Shown: positions 9,973 to 18,160, counted from the first letter of the stretch. The stretch: DNA of 32,000 bases from Sulfolobus acidocaldarius DSM 639 (GCF_000012285.1 NC_007181.1:120001-152000); one strand, 5' to 3'. Notes: generated by a model not told the origin, from the sequence alone. Translations and numbers: made by a program.

Positions 9973-10022
9973 AGGTTATCGACCCTTCTTCATTGCTCAG
10001 CCTATGTCGACGTCATCATAAC
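9968..10022 (-). ncRNA. Candidate C/D box sRNA (2'-O-methylation guide)
   Basis: Minus strand reads gttATGATGA-cgtcgacatagg-CTGA-gca-ATGAAGA-agggtcgataac-CTGAtat: C box 10013-10019, 12-nt guide, D' 9997-10000, 3-nt spacer, C' 9987-9993, 12-nt guide, D 9971-9974. Spacing is canonical for crenarchaeal C/D RNAs. Confidence 0.85.
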
Positions 10023-10141
10023 TGTACCCCACCCGGCTGAGAATCCTCATTGACATAAGTTAATATACTCAGATTCCGGAGGAGGGTGGGGAATTGCTGT
10101 TCTAGGTAGATATTTATATTTAGCTTGAATATATCATTTTT

Positions 10142-10450
10142 GTGTCAATAGACAAAGATTTTCTTTTAATTCAGGATATGATTTTGGCTAAAACCTCAAT
10201 AGAAAAGGCATTACTTCATGTAAACTCTAGAAATGAAAAAACAGTCTACTCATGGGTTCAGAGGGAATTGAGCGGTTTCTTTAGGAAATACTCCAAGAAT
10301 AAGGACTTAGCTAACGACATCATTAAAATACAAGAGTGTATAAGTAAAGAGGATTATATTTGCTTAAAACAACAATTACTCTCAACAAAGAAAAAAATAG
10401 AGGATCAGATTGATTTACTCTATAAGAGTATGTACAGAAGGGCATCTTAA
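10142..10450 (+). CDS. Conserved hypothetical helical protein (102 aa)
   Basis: GTG start with TATA-like tttatattt about 28 nt upstream; no recognisable family. Confidence 0.6.
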   Translation: MSIDKDFLLIQDMILAKTSIEKALLHVNSRNEKTVYSWVQRELSGFFRKYSKNKDLANDIIKIQECISKEDYICLKQQLLSTKKKIEDQIDLLYKSMYRRAS

Positions 10451-10495
10451 TAATTCTCATTTCTATACTTATTGTGATAAATAAGACTTAGCTGG

Positions 10496-10894
10496 TTAAT
10501 ATGAAGGTATTGTCTCACCGTGTGGGCACTTGCCCGGTTTTCCTAAATACTCATAAAGTTTATCAATAATTTCCTTTGGAACAGCGAAGTCAAACTCCCT
10601 GGTAAACTGGCACGCCTCATCTTTGGAAAAACCCATTTCTACCAATAAATACTCTAATATCCTGTGAGCCCTAACTAGTTCCTCAATAGCTTTAATCCCT
10701 GTCTCTGTAATAGAGATTCCCTCCTTTTTCTTCTCTATGAACCCCTTCTTTTCAAGGTGCTGAAGCTCTTCAAAGGCGCTTGCAGGAGAGATTTTTAAAT
10801 CTCTAGCTATCCAGCTTAATTTGGCTTGTTTACCCTGATCGTTATATTTCCTGACAGCTACTAGATATATTAATTCACGCCTAGAAAGCTTCAC
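10496..10894 (-). CDS. DtxR/MntR-family metal-responsive transcriptional regulator
   Basis: N-terminal wHTH (WIARDLKISPASAFEELQHLEKKGFIEKKKEGISITETG) and DtxR-type dimerisation/metal region HRILEYLLVEMGFSKDEAC...GKPGKCPHGETIP. Confidence 0.82.
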   Translation of the reverse strand: MKLSRRELIYLVAVRKYNDQGKQAKLSWIARDLKISPASAFEELQHLEKKGFIEKKKEGISITETGIKAIEELVRAHRILEYLLVEMGFSKDEACQFTREFDFAVPKEIIDKLYEYLGKPGKCPHGETIPSY

Positions 10895-10935
10895 AAATCT
10901 TAATATATAATCGAACTATTTAAGTATGTGTAAAT

Positions 10936-11793
10936 ATGGAAGGAGTAGTACCCGCAATAGTCACCCCCTTTAAGGAAAATGAAGATATTGATTTCGAATC
11001 TCTAAATTTATTTTTAAATTTTCTTGAGAGAAATGGAGTTAAATGGATATTTGCTTTAGGTAGTACTGGAGAATTTAATATGCTGAGCTTGAGTGAGAAG
11101 CAAGAGTTTATAAGAAAACTGAGAGAGATAACAAAACTCAAAATAGTAATCAATGTCTCTGAAAATTCTCTTAAGAACACACTCTCATTAGGTAAGCTAG
11201 CTTTTGATGTGGGCATGGAAGGAATTGCACTTATTCCTCCAATATATCATAAGCCTTCAGAAAGTGGGCTAATTAGCTATTTTGAGGAGATGTCGAAATT
11301 AGATCTTCCATTATATGTTTACGCATATCCTGACAAGGTTCCCATAACATATGAGACAATAAGTAAGTTGGTAAAACAAGATATTATAGATGGAATTAAG
11401 TTGACCACTGATAACTTACCTTTATTCAAGAAGTATTTGGGTCTAAAGGAAATTAAGAATGACCTGAAAATCCTGATAGGGAGCGATACTTTATTTGTAT
11501 ACTCACTAATTGAGGGTGGTAATGGATGCATATCGGCAGTAGCTAACGTTGCCCCAGAGTTAATGATGAGGGCATATCAGGGAGTAAGGGAAGGCAAGTT
11601 AAATGAGAGTTTAGAGATTCAAGGGATGATATCAAAGATAAGCGACGCAATAATGAGCGGAGATTTTCCCTCAGGTGTTAAAGTAGCCCTGAGGTATAGA
11701 GGGGTAAGTGTAGGAAGTGTAAGGAGACCCTTAAAGGAGAGTATTGAGGTGAATGCTCGTATATATTCAGTTCTGAAAGAGCTCGGAATGTGA
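10936..11793 (+). CDS. DapA-family (dihydrodipicolinate synthase / KDG aldolase superfamily) aldolase or lyase
   Basis: VVPAIVTPFKENEDID, GSTGEFNMLSLSEK, VYAYPDKVP, Schiff-base lysine context DGIKLTTDN, GGNGCISAVANVAPE. ORF stops TGA 11791-11793. ATG at 10927 is an alternative start to check. Confidence 0.82.
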   Translation: MEGVVPAIVTPFKENEDIDFESLNLFLNFLERNGVKWIFALGSTGEFNMLSLSEKQEFIRKLREITKLKIVINVSENSLKNTLSLGKLAFDVGMEGIALIPPIYHKPSESGLISYFEEMSKLDLPLYVYAYPDKVPITYETISKLVKQDIIDGIKLTTDNLPLFKKYLGLKEIKNDLKILIGSDTLFVYSLIEGGNGCISAVANVAPELMMRAYQGVREGKLNESLEIQGMISKISDAIMSGDFPSGVKVALRYRGVSVGSVRRPLKESIEVNARIYSVLKELGM

Positions 11794-11843
11794 TGATGGG
11801 TCGATGTTACTGATTAGTTGATGAGATTATCTCCGGCTGAGAA
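11788..11843 (+). ncRNA. Candidate C/D box sRNA (2'-O-methylation guide)
   Basis: Plus strand reads GTGATGA (11790-11796)-tgggtcgatgtta (13 nt)-CTGA (11810-11813)-ttagt-TGATGA (11819-11824)-gattatctccgg (12 nt)-CTGA (11837-11840). Fills the gap between two convergent genes; C box overlaps the stop codon of the aldolase gene. Confidence 0.85.
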
Positions 11844-11845
11844 TC

Positions 11846-12274
11846 TTACTCCTCATCTAACTGTATTCTTGTAAATCTCATGTGTCTTTTAATTGCATCT
11901 ACAACGAAAACTATTCCGCCAATAAGCACTACTATGGCTGAAAATACTTCTAATGCAAGCTCATGTGAGGAAATGAGAAATATTATGATGAAAAATGAGG
12001 TAAGGAAGAAAGAGGCAAAGAATACACTTTTAGGTAAGATATTGTTAAAAAGCAACATATAATCGTCATCAAGAATTACTTTTCTAGGCACTATCTTTCC
12101 TTCCAATGTTTCCTCGACTAAACCAGCAGCAACGAGTTTTTTCACATGATATCTTACAGCACTTGTTGAGGAGAAACCTAGATCCTCTTGTATTTGCCGT
12201 ATTGTAACACCGTTCTTACTCTTCAGCACATAATAGTAGACTCTCTTTGTAGGTAATGATAATGAAAGCTCCAT
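11846..12274 (-). CDS. Membrane-anchored winged-helix transcriptional regulator (N-terminal wHTH plus two C-terminal TM helices)
   Basis: wHTH GVTIRQIQEDLGFSSTSAVRYHVKKLVAAGLVEE; hydrophobic segments VFFASFFLTSFFIIIFLIS and ALEVFSAIVVLIGGIVFVV. Confidence 0.8.
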   Translation of the reverse strand: MELSLSLPTKRVYYYVLKSKNGVTIRQIQEDLGFSSTSAVRYHVKKLVAAGLVEETLEGKIVPRKVILDDDYMLLFNNILPKSVFFASFFLTSFFIIIFLISSHELALEVFSAIVVLIGGIVFVVDAIKRHMRFTRIQLDEE

Positions 12275-12332
12275 GCTGACTCATTATCTATTTTTTGTCA
12301 AATAAATCTTTCTGAGAAAATTTTCATGGTAG

Positions 12333-15161
12333 TTAGTAACCTCTATAACCTAACACATGCCACATACCTATTAATGTCACTAATAAAACTAGAACTTTAT
12401 TCGTATTATTTATATATTTAGAGATGAGAGTTAGCATAACTGAATTGTAGTAATTTCTATCTATTTCTTCTCCTTTGAGGAGACTATATAAATCAGTAAA
12501 GAGATTATATTGTATAAGGTCATTTTTATCTATTTGATAAACTAAAAGTTCTATTAAAGGTAGAGCATTTTTGTTACCCATTAGAAAGAGAGTAGAGTAA
12601 AATACTAATAGGTCGGAAATAGTCTCTACTTTCGTAAGTATCTTCACTTTATTGTCTATTATCATTTTTGATAAAGTAATTGCAGTGGCAATACTACTTT
12701 TAGCTTTATCATCTCTTATTTTGTGAACAATTGAGGATAATTCAGTTATTCCCTGTAAGGCAAGCCTAGCTTCATATTTTTCATTATTGGCTAGGCTTTT
12801 AAGTATCTGGAGTTGATACAATTTTAATAGATCCATATAGTCTTCATCTGTGGCAGTAGAACTCTTTATTCTCTTGAGTATTATTTCCCCCCAAGGTAGA
12901 ATTAGTTTCTCAGCCAACTCAATTGTTCCCTTAACCGACTCGTCATTGGGATGGGTTAACAACAATGTATATCCAATTATGGCGTCAGCTCTCCTTTTTA
13001 AGTAATCCATAAAATCCTCGATTTTATCAAATTGATAATGTGAAAAAAGGTATGAGACGACTTCCTTAAACTCCTTTAGGTCTAGTTGTGTATTCTTTGG
13101 TTTTGTGTAATTTTTTCTAAACTTATCATAGAGCGTTACGACCTTATTAAGCTCCTTATTTCTTACGTTATAGTCAATTAATAGAGAGTAAATCAGAGTT
13201 GAAAGTAAAGGGTCCTTCACATCGATCTTATCTATCATATCTGTTTTGTAGTAAAGTAATGATAATGGTATTTGAGAGAAGGGGGTGACAGCTAGTAAAT
13301 CCTCCAATATTTTTTCTATACTAGTTGGTGTAAATTCTTTAAGAAGATTGTAAATTATTATCGAAAGCAGATTTGCTAATCTCTTGTCTCTTCCTACTCT
13401 GTTGAAGCTAGAAATAACATCGCTTAATAAATCGCTAATCACTGTTCTATCTTTCAATTTAAGTATTTCTTCATATGCCCATGAAATACACTCTCTGTTT
13501 TCACTCTTCCTTAGTAAAACCAGAATACTAATGATATTTTCTATTGGATCTACATCTCTCTTTAGTTCCATACAGTCGATATTTCTTGTTGAAGATACTA
13601 CGTCGACTAACTCATTGAATATTTTTCTTATTGCTAATTTTGATGGCTTATACAATTTTCCGGCTGACAAAAGTAGTTTATTTAATTCACTATTTACTAG
13701 TACATGATTTTCGTTCACTTCTGTAAAATATAGTCTAAGTAAGTCTATTGCAGTTTCAGAGTCTTCTTTTACTTTAGTTAATAGATAGGAAGATAATCCA
13801 TCAATAATTTTGTCTAAATCTACCTTATGCTGGCTTTCCTTTACGTAATCATCGTCAAAATACGTCTTTATATCTTCATTTACATTAGAAAACCACTCGA
13901 CTATTATGTCTTTATCTTCTTCACCTACTCTTCTTCCGTTTTTAGTAAGTGTGAATAAACCAAGTTTATATGGTATAGGAGTCCCATATTCCTCTGCAAG
14001 CTTAACTAACGGAATATACCATATGGCTTTATTTGGATCTGCATCAAGAATCACGTTGTAAAAGTAGTTGAATATATTTCTTTCATAATCTTTCAATAAA
14101 TCATTATAATTTGGTGAAGAGAGGAAATGGTCTAATATTTCTATTACTTGTCCCCTAGGTTTTAAGGTATAGTAAATGTCCTTAGTTAGAACTATTATCT
14201 TTCTAAAATTTGATCCGTCATTAATATCATCTTGAATTTTCTTAATAAAAGCGAAATTTCCTTCTAAGTCATGATAATCTATTAACTTGACATCACCAAA
14301 TCCTATCTCCTTAAGCCTCTTCATTATCAAAGTGCTTAAGGTGCTCTTTCCACTTCTTACGGGTCCTAATATTATTAAGTCCTTGCCTTGAGTTACTGTC
14401 CTAACCCCATAATTAGTTAAATCAACGAATTCAGGAAAAGTTAGAGGAGATATTATTTGATCGTTATCAATTTCCTCTCCTGCTACATTATCTATTTCCC
14501 CTAGCTCGTATTTGGAAGAACCTGGTAAAAGTCCTAAACTGGAGTCTAACAAGTAAAATATTATTTTTTTATAAGATTCTGGTAGAAGTTCCCAGTCTCT
14601 CTTTAAATTATTTCCTTTATAATGTTTTTTTAATACCTCTAAGGGTTTTCCTGATTCTCTGCCCACATACATGATTCGTTTAAAACGATTTGTTAGCCTT
14701 ATGGACTCATCTAACTTTCCCTCTGTGTATAATTTTAAACCTTCCCTTACTAAAAGGGGAATATAGGAAAAGTAATTGTCCAACACGAAACATGAATAAT
14801 CGAGTATTTTAGCCATTTCATTTCCATTAACTCCTTTTGACTTCAGATAGGCTATTGCCTTGTAATAGGGATAAGTTAGTGCATATCCTCTCACGACAAG
14901 AGAACTTTCACCCAACTTGATATTCCCTTTCACTAGATCAACAACATAAAAATTTCCTATCACGTGAACCTTTGCTTCATTTTCTTTTTTTGCCTTCTTT
15001 AAAGTTTCCCTAAGGGCAAGAAACTCTTTCAAGTCATTAAATTCATCAGGTAATTCGATCAAGTTAAACTTTCTCGCTATATTGGATTTGTTGAAGAGTG
15101 GAGGGACTCGAATATAGATTGGTCTCTTCTTAATTCCTGTGAGTGACGTAATAATCTTCAT
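12333..15161 (-). CDS. Large orphan P-loop NTPase (942 aa with proposed start; 957 aa / 15206 in ORF track), helical-rich C-terminal region
   Basis: Walker A ILGPVRSGKSTLSTLIMKRL encoded at about 14340-14372; long helical Lys/Leu/Ile-rich C-terminal half; no recognised family. Start moved to ATG at 15161 because a TATA box lies inside the 5' extension. Confidence 0.8.
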   Translation of the reverse strand: MKIITSLTGIKKRPIYIRVPPLFNKSNIARKFNLIELPDEFNDLKEFLALRETLKKAKKENEAKVHVIGNFYVVDLVKGNIKLGESSLVVRGYALTYPYYKAIAYLKSKGVNGNEMAKILDYSCFVLDNYFSYIPLLVREGLKLYTEGKLDESIRLTNRFKRIMYVGRESGKPLEVLKKHYKGNNLKRDWELLPESYKKIIFYLLDSSLGLLPGSSKYELGEIDNVAGEEIDNDQIISPLTFPEFVDLTNYGVRTVTQGKDLIILGPVRSGKSTLSTLIMKRLKEIGFGDVKLIDYHDLEGNFAFIKKIQDDINDGSNFRKIIVLTKDIYYTLKPRGQVIEILDHFLSSPNYNDLLKDYERNIFNYFYNVILDADPNKAIWYIPLVKLAEEYGTPIPYKLGLFTLTKNGRRVGEEDKDIIVEWFSNVNEDIKTYFDDDYVKESQHKVDLDKIIDGLSSYLLTKVKEDSETAIDLLRLYFTEVNENHVLVNSELNKLLLSAGKLYKPSKLAIRKIFNELVDVVSSTRNIDCMELKRDVDPIENIISILVLLRKSENRECISWAYEEILKLKDRTVISDLLSDVISSFNRVGRDKRLANLLSIIIYNLLKEFTPTSIEKILEDLLAVTPFSQIPLSLLYYKTDMIDKIDVKDPLLSTLIYSLLIDYNVRNKELNKVVTLYDKFRKNYTKPKNTQLDLKEFKEVVSYLFSHYQFDKIEDFMDYLKRRADAIIGYTLLLTHPNDESVKGTIELAEKLILPWGEIILKRIKSSTATDEDYMDLLKLYQLQILKSLANNEKYEARLALQGITELSSIVHKIRDDKAKSSIATAITLSKMIIDNKVKILTKVETISDLLVFYSTLFLMGNKNALPLIELLVYQIDKNDLIQYNLFTDLYSLLKGEEIDRNYYNSVMLTLISKYINNTNKVLVLLVTLIGMWHVLGYRGY

Positions 15162-15188
15162 TATACTGACATACTTTGATAAAAATAG

Positions 15189-15196
15189 TATATAAC
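15189..15196 (-). promoter_or_regulatory. Putative TATA box (GTTATATA) for the leaderless ATG at 15161
   Basis: 27 nt separate the TATATA from the ATG; it lies within codons of the upstream-extended ORF. Confidence 0.5.
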
Positions 15197-15346
15197 GATT
15201 AGCCAAAAATCTTGTGTTATCAATGCTAGTACTTTACCAGGATAGTTCAATATAAGCGTGAATTCTAATTTTGTCTTTTTTATTACTATATCTTTAAAGA
15301 ACTATATCCGCTAAAATATAAATATAGACCGTCATATATATTAATC

Positions 15347-16912
15347 ATGGCATTTGTAAACGAGAGAACGTATCAGAAGTACTTAGAAGAAGGGAGAGAA
15401 GAGGAATTTCACAAGGAATTCGACAAGGCTGTAAATGAATTATCATCGGGAATAGGAAAGGAATATCCATTAATTATAGGTAAAAGGGAGATAAGGACTA
15501 ATGAAAAAATAATTGTCACGGTCTCCTTTAATTCTGATTTAAGGTTAGGAATATTCCAGAAAGCAACTGAGAATGAGCTTAACGAAGCCATAGAAACTGC
15601 AGAAAATGCCTATAAGGAGTGGCAATATTCAGACTGGAAAGACAGGGTAGAGATTGCTATGAGAGCTGCTGAGTTAATGGCAAGACACAAATTCGCTCTG
15701 GCAGCCACAATTACCTTTGAAAATGGTAAAAATAGGTATGAAGCCATGGCTGAAGTCGACGAGACAATAGATTATCTTAGGTACTACGCCTATTTGTTAG
15801 AGGAGAATAGGGGATATATCAGGGAAATGGAGTCAAGAATTTACAAGAACGAGAAAGGATATAGCGTAATGAGACCTTATGGTACATGGTTTGTAGTCTC
15901 ACCGTTTAATTTTCCTTTAGCAATAACTGCTACCATGACTTTAGGCTCAGTGTTGACTGGTAATACAGCTATTGTAAAGCCTTCGTCAGATACACCGTTA
16001 TCAGCCTACAACCTAATACAGATTCTGAGAAGAGCAGGGTTACCTGATGGTGTGGTAAATTATTTGACTGGGAAAGGAAGCGAAATCGTTACTCCAGCTC
16101 TAAAGAGCAAGAGAATAGCTGGTCTAGCTTTCACAGGATCAAAGGATGTTGGGCATAAACTCGCAAAGGATTTTCTTGATGTAGACACTAGACCTATAGT
16201 CATGGAGCTAGGTGGTAAGAATGCTGTCATAGTTACCGATAAGGCAAATATAGACAAGGCTGTGGAAGGCGTATTTAGAGGTGCGTTTGGTTTTGGAGGG
16301 CAAAAGTGTAGTGCGAGCTCAAGAATTTATGTTGAAACTAATGTTTATGATACGTTTCTGAACAAGTTAGTGAATAGGACCAAAGAGGCGATTATAGGAG
16401 ACCCTACAAAGAAGGAGACATTTCTCGGTCCATTAATAAATTCTGATGCGGTATCAAAGTATGTTAAGTTTGTAGAGGAAGCTAAGAAGGGAGGGGGAGA
16501 GATTCTGTACGGTGGAGAAGTTATAGATGTGAAGAGACGGTTGGTTAAACCAACCATAGTATCCAATTTACCTCTATCTCATTGGTTATGGAAGACTGAG
16601 TTATTTGTACCTATAATTCTAGTTACTAAAATCGGTAGTCTTGAGGAAGGGGTTAAATTAGCAAATGATGTTGAATATGGATTAACTGCCGGAATATTCT
16701 CAGAGGATCAGAAAGAGATAGAATATTTCTTTAACAAGATTGAAGCTGGTGTAGTCTATGCAAATAGAATGGTAGGAGCTACTACTGGAGCAATGCCAGG
16801 AGTACAGCCATTTGGAGGCTGGAAACATTCAGGATGGACAGGTAAAAATGCTGGAGGACCTTACTATTTACTTTCCTTCATGAGGGAACAAGCAAGGACA
16901 ATGTATACATAA
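15347..16912 (+). CDS. Aldehyde dehydrogenase superfamily, probable L-glutamate gamma-semialdehyde (1-pyrroline-5-carboxylate) dehydrogenase
   Basis: TWFVVSPFNFPLAI, MELGGKNAVIVTDKANID, catalytic Cys context GGQKCSASSRIYVE, PFGGWKHSGWTGKNAGGPYYL; overall P5CDH/RocA-like architecture. Confidence 0.85.
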   Translation: MAFVNERTYQKYLEEGREEEFHKEFDKAVNELSSGIGKEYPLIIGKREIRTNEKIIVTVSFNSDLRLGIFQKATENELNEAIETAENAYKEWQYSDWKDRVEIAMRAAELMARHKFALAATITFENGKNRYEAMAEVDETIDYLRYYAYLLEENRGYIREMESRIYKNEKGYSVMRPYGTWFVVSPFNFPLAITATMTLGSVLTGNTAIVKPSSDTPLSAYNLIQILRRAGLPDGVVNYLTGKGSEIVTPALKSKRIAGLAFTGSKDVGHKLAKDFLDVDTRPIVMELGGKNAVIVTDKANIDKAVEGVFRGAFGFGGQKCSASSRIYVETNVYDTFLNKLVNRTKEAIIGDPTKKETFLGPLINSDAVSKYVKFVEEAKKGGGEILYGGEVIDVKRRLVKPTIVSNLPLSHWLWKTELFVPIILVTKIGSLEEGVKLANDVEYGLTAGIFSEDQKEIEYFFNKIEAGVVYANRMVGATTGAMPGVQPFGGWKHSGWTGKNAGGPYYLLSFMREQARTMYT

Positions 16913-16961
16913 CTTATTTCGATTCAAGTAATATGGGAATATTCTTTTTCCTATCTTCTTT

Positions 16962-17603
16962 TTAACCTTTAGGTGTTATAATGAGTGTTATGTATTGTAC
17001 TTGGTAGTTATATACGTCGTAGACAGGGAGTAGAATAATAGTTACGGGCTTTACGTTAAGTATTTTAAGAGTTACGTTGTAGATTTGTATGTCTCCCTTC
17101 ATGCCTAAATACTGGTCATGGACCACTTCTACCCATCCTGTCATATTATATGTATATATTAATGTATTGTTGTTTGAGCACTGGCAGTATAAGTAGAAAT
17201 AAGTGACAGAATCGGGGTGTGCGACTATAAGATTAGGATATGTGTAGAAAAGTAAACTAGAGTTTAAGGGACTCATATTATTTACTTCATTTTGGTTAGT
17301 GAGCCCAAGATATAGGCTGGAGTTCAGCTTTTGTAAAATACTACTATTCGCAATTAGACCCAGCAAACTTAGTGTGTTACTAGTGTTAATCTTAGTGTTG
17401 TTCAATTGAATTATATAGGGTCTAACCACATTAGGCTTCTCCGCAGTTTGTGTCTGCGTTATATTTTGACTTTTATCGGTAGTCGTATAGTAGGTTGTAG
17501 GCTGAAATTTAAATTCTGATGGTGTAGTTATGTATATAACTAGAGCTGCAATTGATATGGAAAGTATTATACCTATAGCAGCTGCAATAACTGATACATT
17601 CAC
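16962..17603 (-). CDS. Hypothetical protein with one N-terminal TM and extracytoplasmic domain
   Basis: GTG start; N-terminal TM VSVIAAAIGIILSISIAALVIYI followed by N/T-rich, sequon-rich region. Confidence 0.65.
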   Translation of the reverse strand: MNVSVIAAAIGIILSISIAALVIYITTPSEFKFQPTTYYTTTDKSQNITQTQTAEKPNVVRPYIIQLNNTKINTSNTLSLLGLIANSSILQKLNSSLYLGLTNQNEVNNMSPLNSSLLFYTYPNLIVAHPDSVTYFYLYCQCSNNNTLIYTYNMTGWVEVVHDQYLGMKGDIQIYNVTLKILNVKPVTIILLPVYDVYNYQVQYITLIITPKG

Positions 17604-17734
17604 GAGTGTTCATATATTGAAATACTTTAAATATCTAATCCAAACTTTTCCGTATCTAATTCTAAACTCAAGAATGTTAATAATTGATTTTACATGAAAG
17701 TTCGAAAAAATAATAAATCAAATAAAATTTGATT

Positions 17735-18160
17735 TTAGCTACCTATTTTCTTGACATATTCTTTATACATACATCTGTCCTGAATAACTACTAAACCTGC
17801 TTTCCTAGCCTTCTCAGCTGCTTCATCATGTCTAATCCCTTCTTGCAGCCATATCACTTTAACATCTCCTTTCATCTTCACTCTCTCCAACACTTCATCA
17901 ACTATTTTTGGGACCTCACTTGAAGGTCTAAATACTTCAACCACTTCTATTTTCTCTGGTATATCGAGAATTGATTTGTAGCTTTTTCTTCCGAGTATCT
18001 CATTAACTGTAGGGTTTACGGGAATTACGTTATATCCTTTACTTATTAAGAATCTGGGAACTTCATGAGCGGGCTTTGACGGATCCTTGGAAAATCCTAT
18101 AGTTGCAATATTTTTATATTTCCTTAATACTTCTTCTATTACTTTCTCCTCGTCTACCAT
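17735..18160 (-). CDS. CoA-binding domain protein (YccU-like, CoA_binding_2)
   Basis: NIATIGFSKDPSKPAHEVPRFLISKGYNVIPVNPTVNEILG and VIWLQEGIRHDEAAEKARKAGLVVIQDRCMYKEY. Confidence 0.88.
   Translation of the reverse strand: MVDEEKVIEEVLRKYKNIATIGFSKDPSKPAHEVPRFLISKGYNVIPVNPTVNEILGRKSYKSILDIPEKIEVVEVFRPSSEVPKIVDEVLERVKMKGDVKVIWLQEGIRHDEAAEKARKAGLVVIQDRCMYKEYVKKIGS

Noticed and set aside
9585-10040. 151-aa plus-strand ORF antisense to udg and the C/D sRNA
   Set aside because: Shadow ORF of udg; its last codons cross the sRNA boxes, and its translation shows no domain.
10034-11846. 13-nt repeat CCGGCTGAGAATC present on the plus strand at about 10034-10046 and about 11833-11845
   Set aside because: The second copy spans the D guide/D box of the 11788-11843 sRNA, but the first has no C box upstream on the same strand. 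A 13-mer match in a 32 kb window is expected by chance.
13384-13707. 107-aa plus-strand ORF antisense to the large NTPase
   Set aside because: Low-complexity Ser/Leu/Asn translation typical of the antisense of Lys/Asp/Leu-rich coding; no promoter or family.
17700-17740. ATGATGA...CTGA on the minus strand inside the CoA-binding protein gene (near 17772-17790)
   Set aside because: Only 5 nt between the boxes and no C'/D' pair, and it is coding; coincidental.
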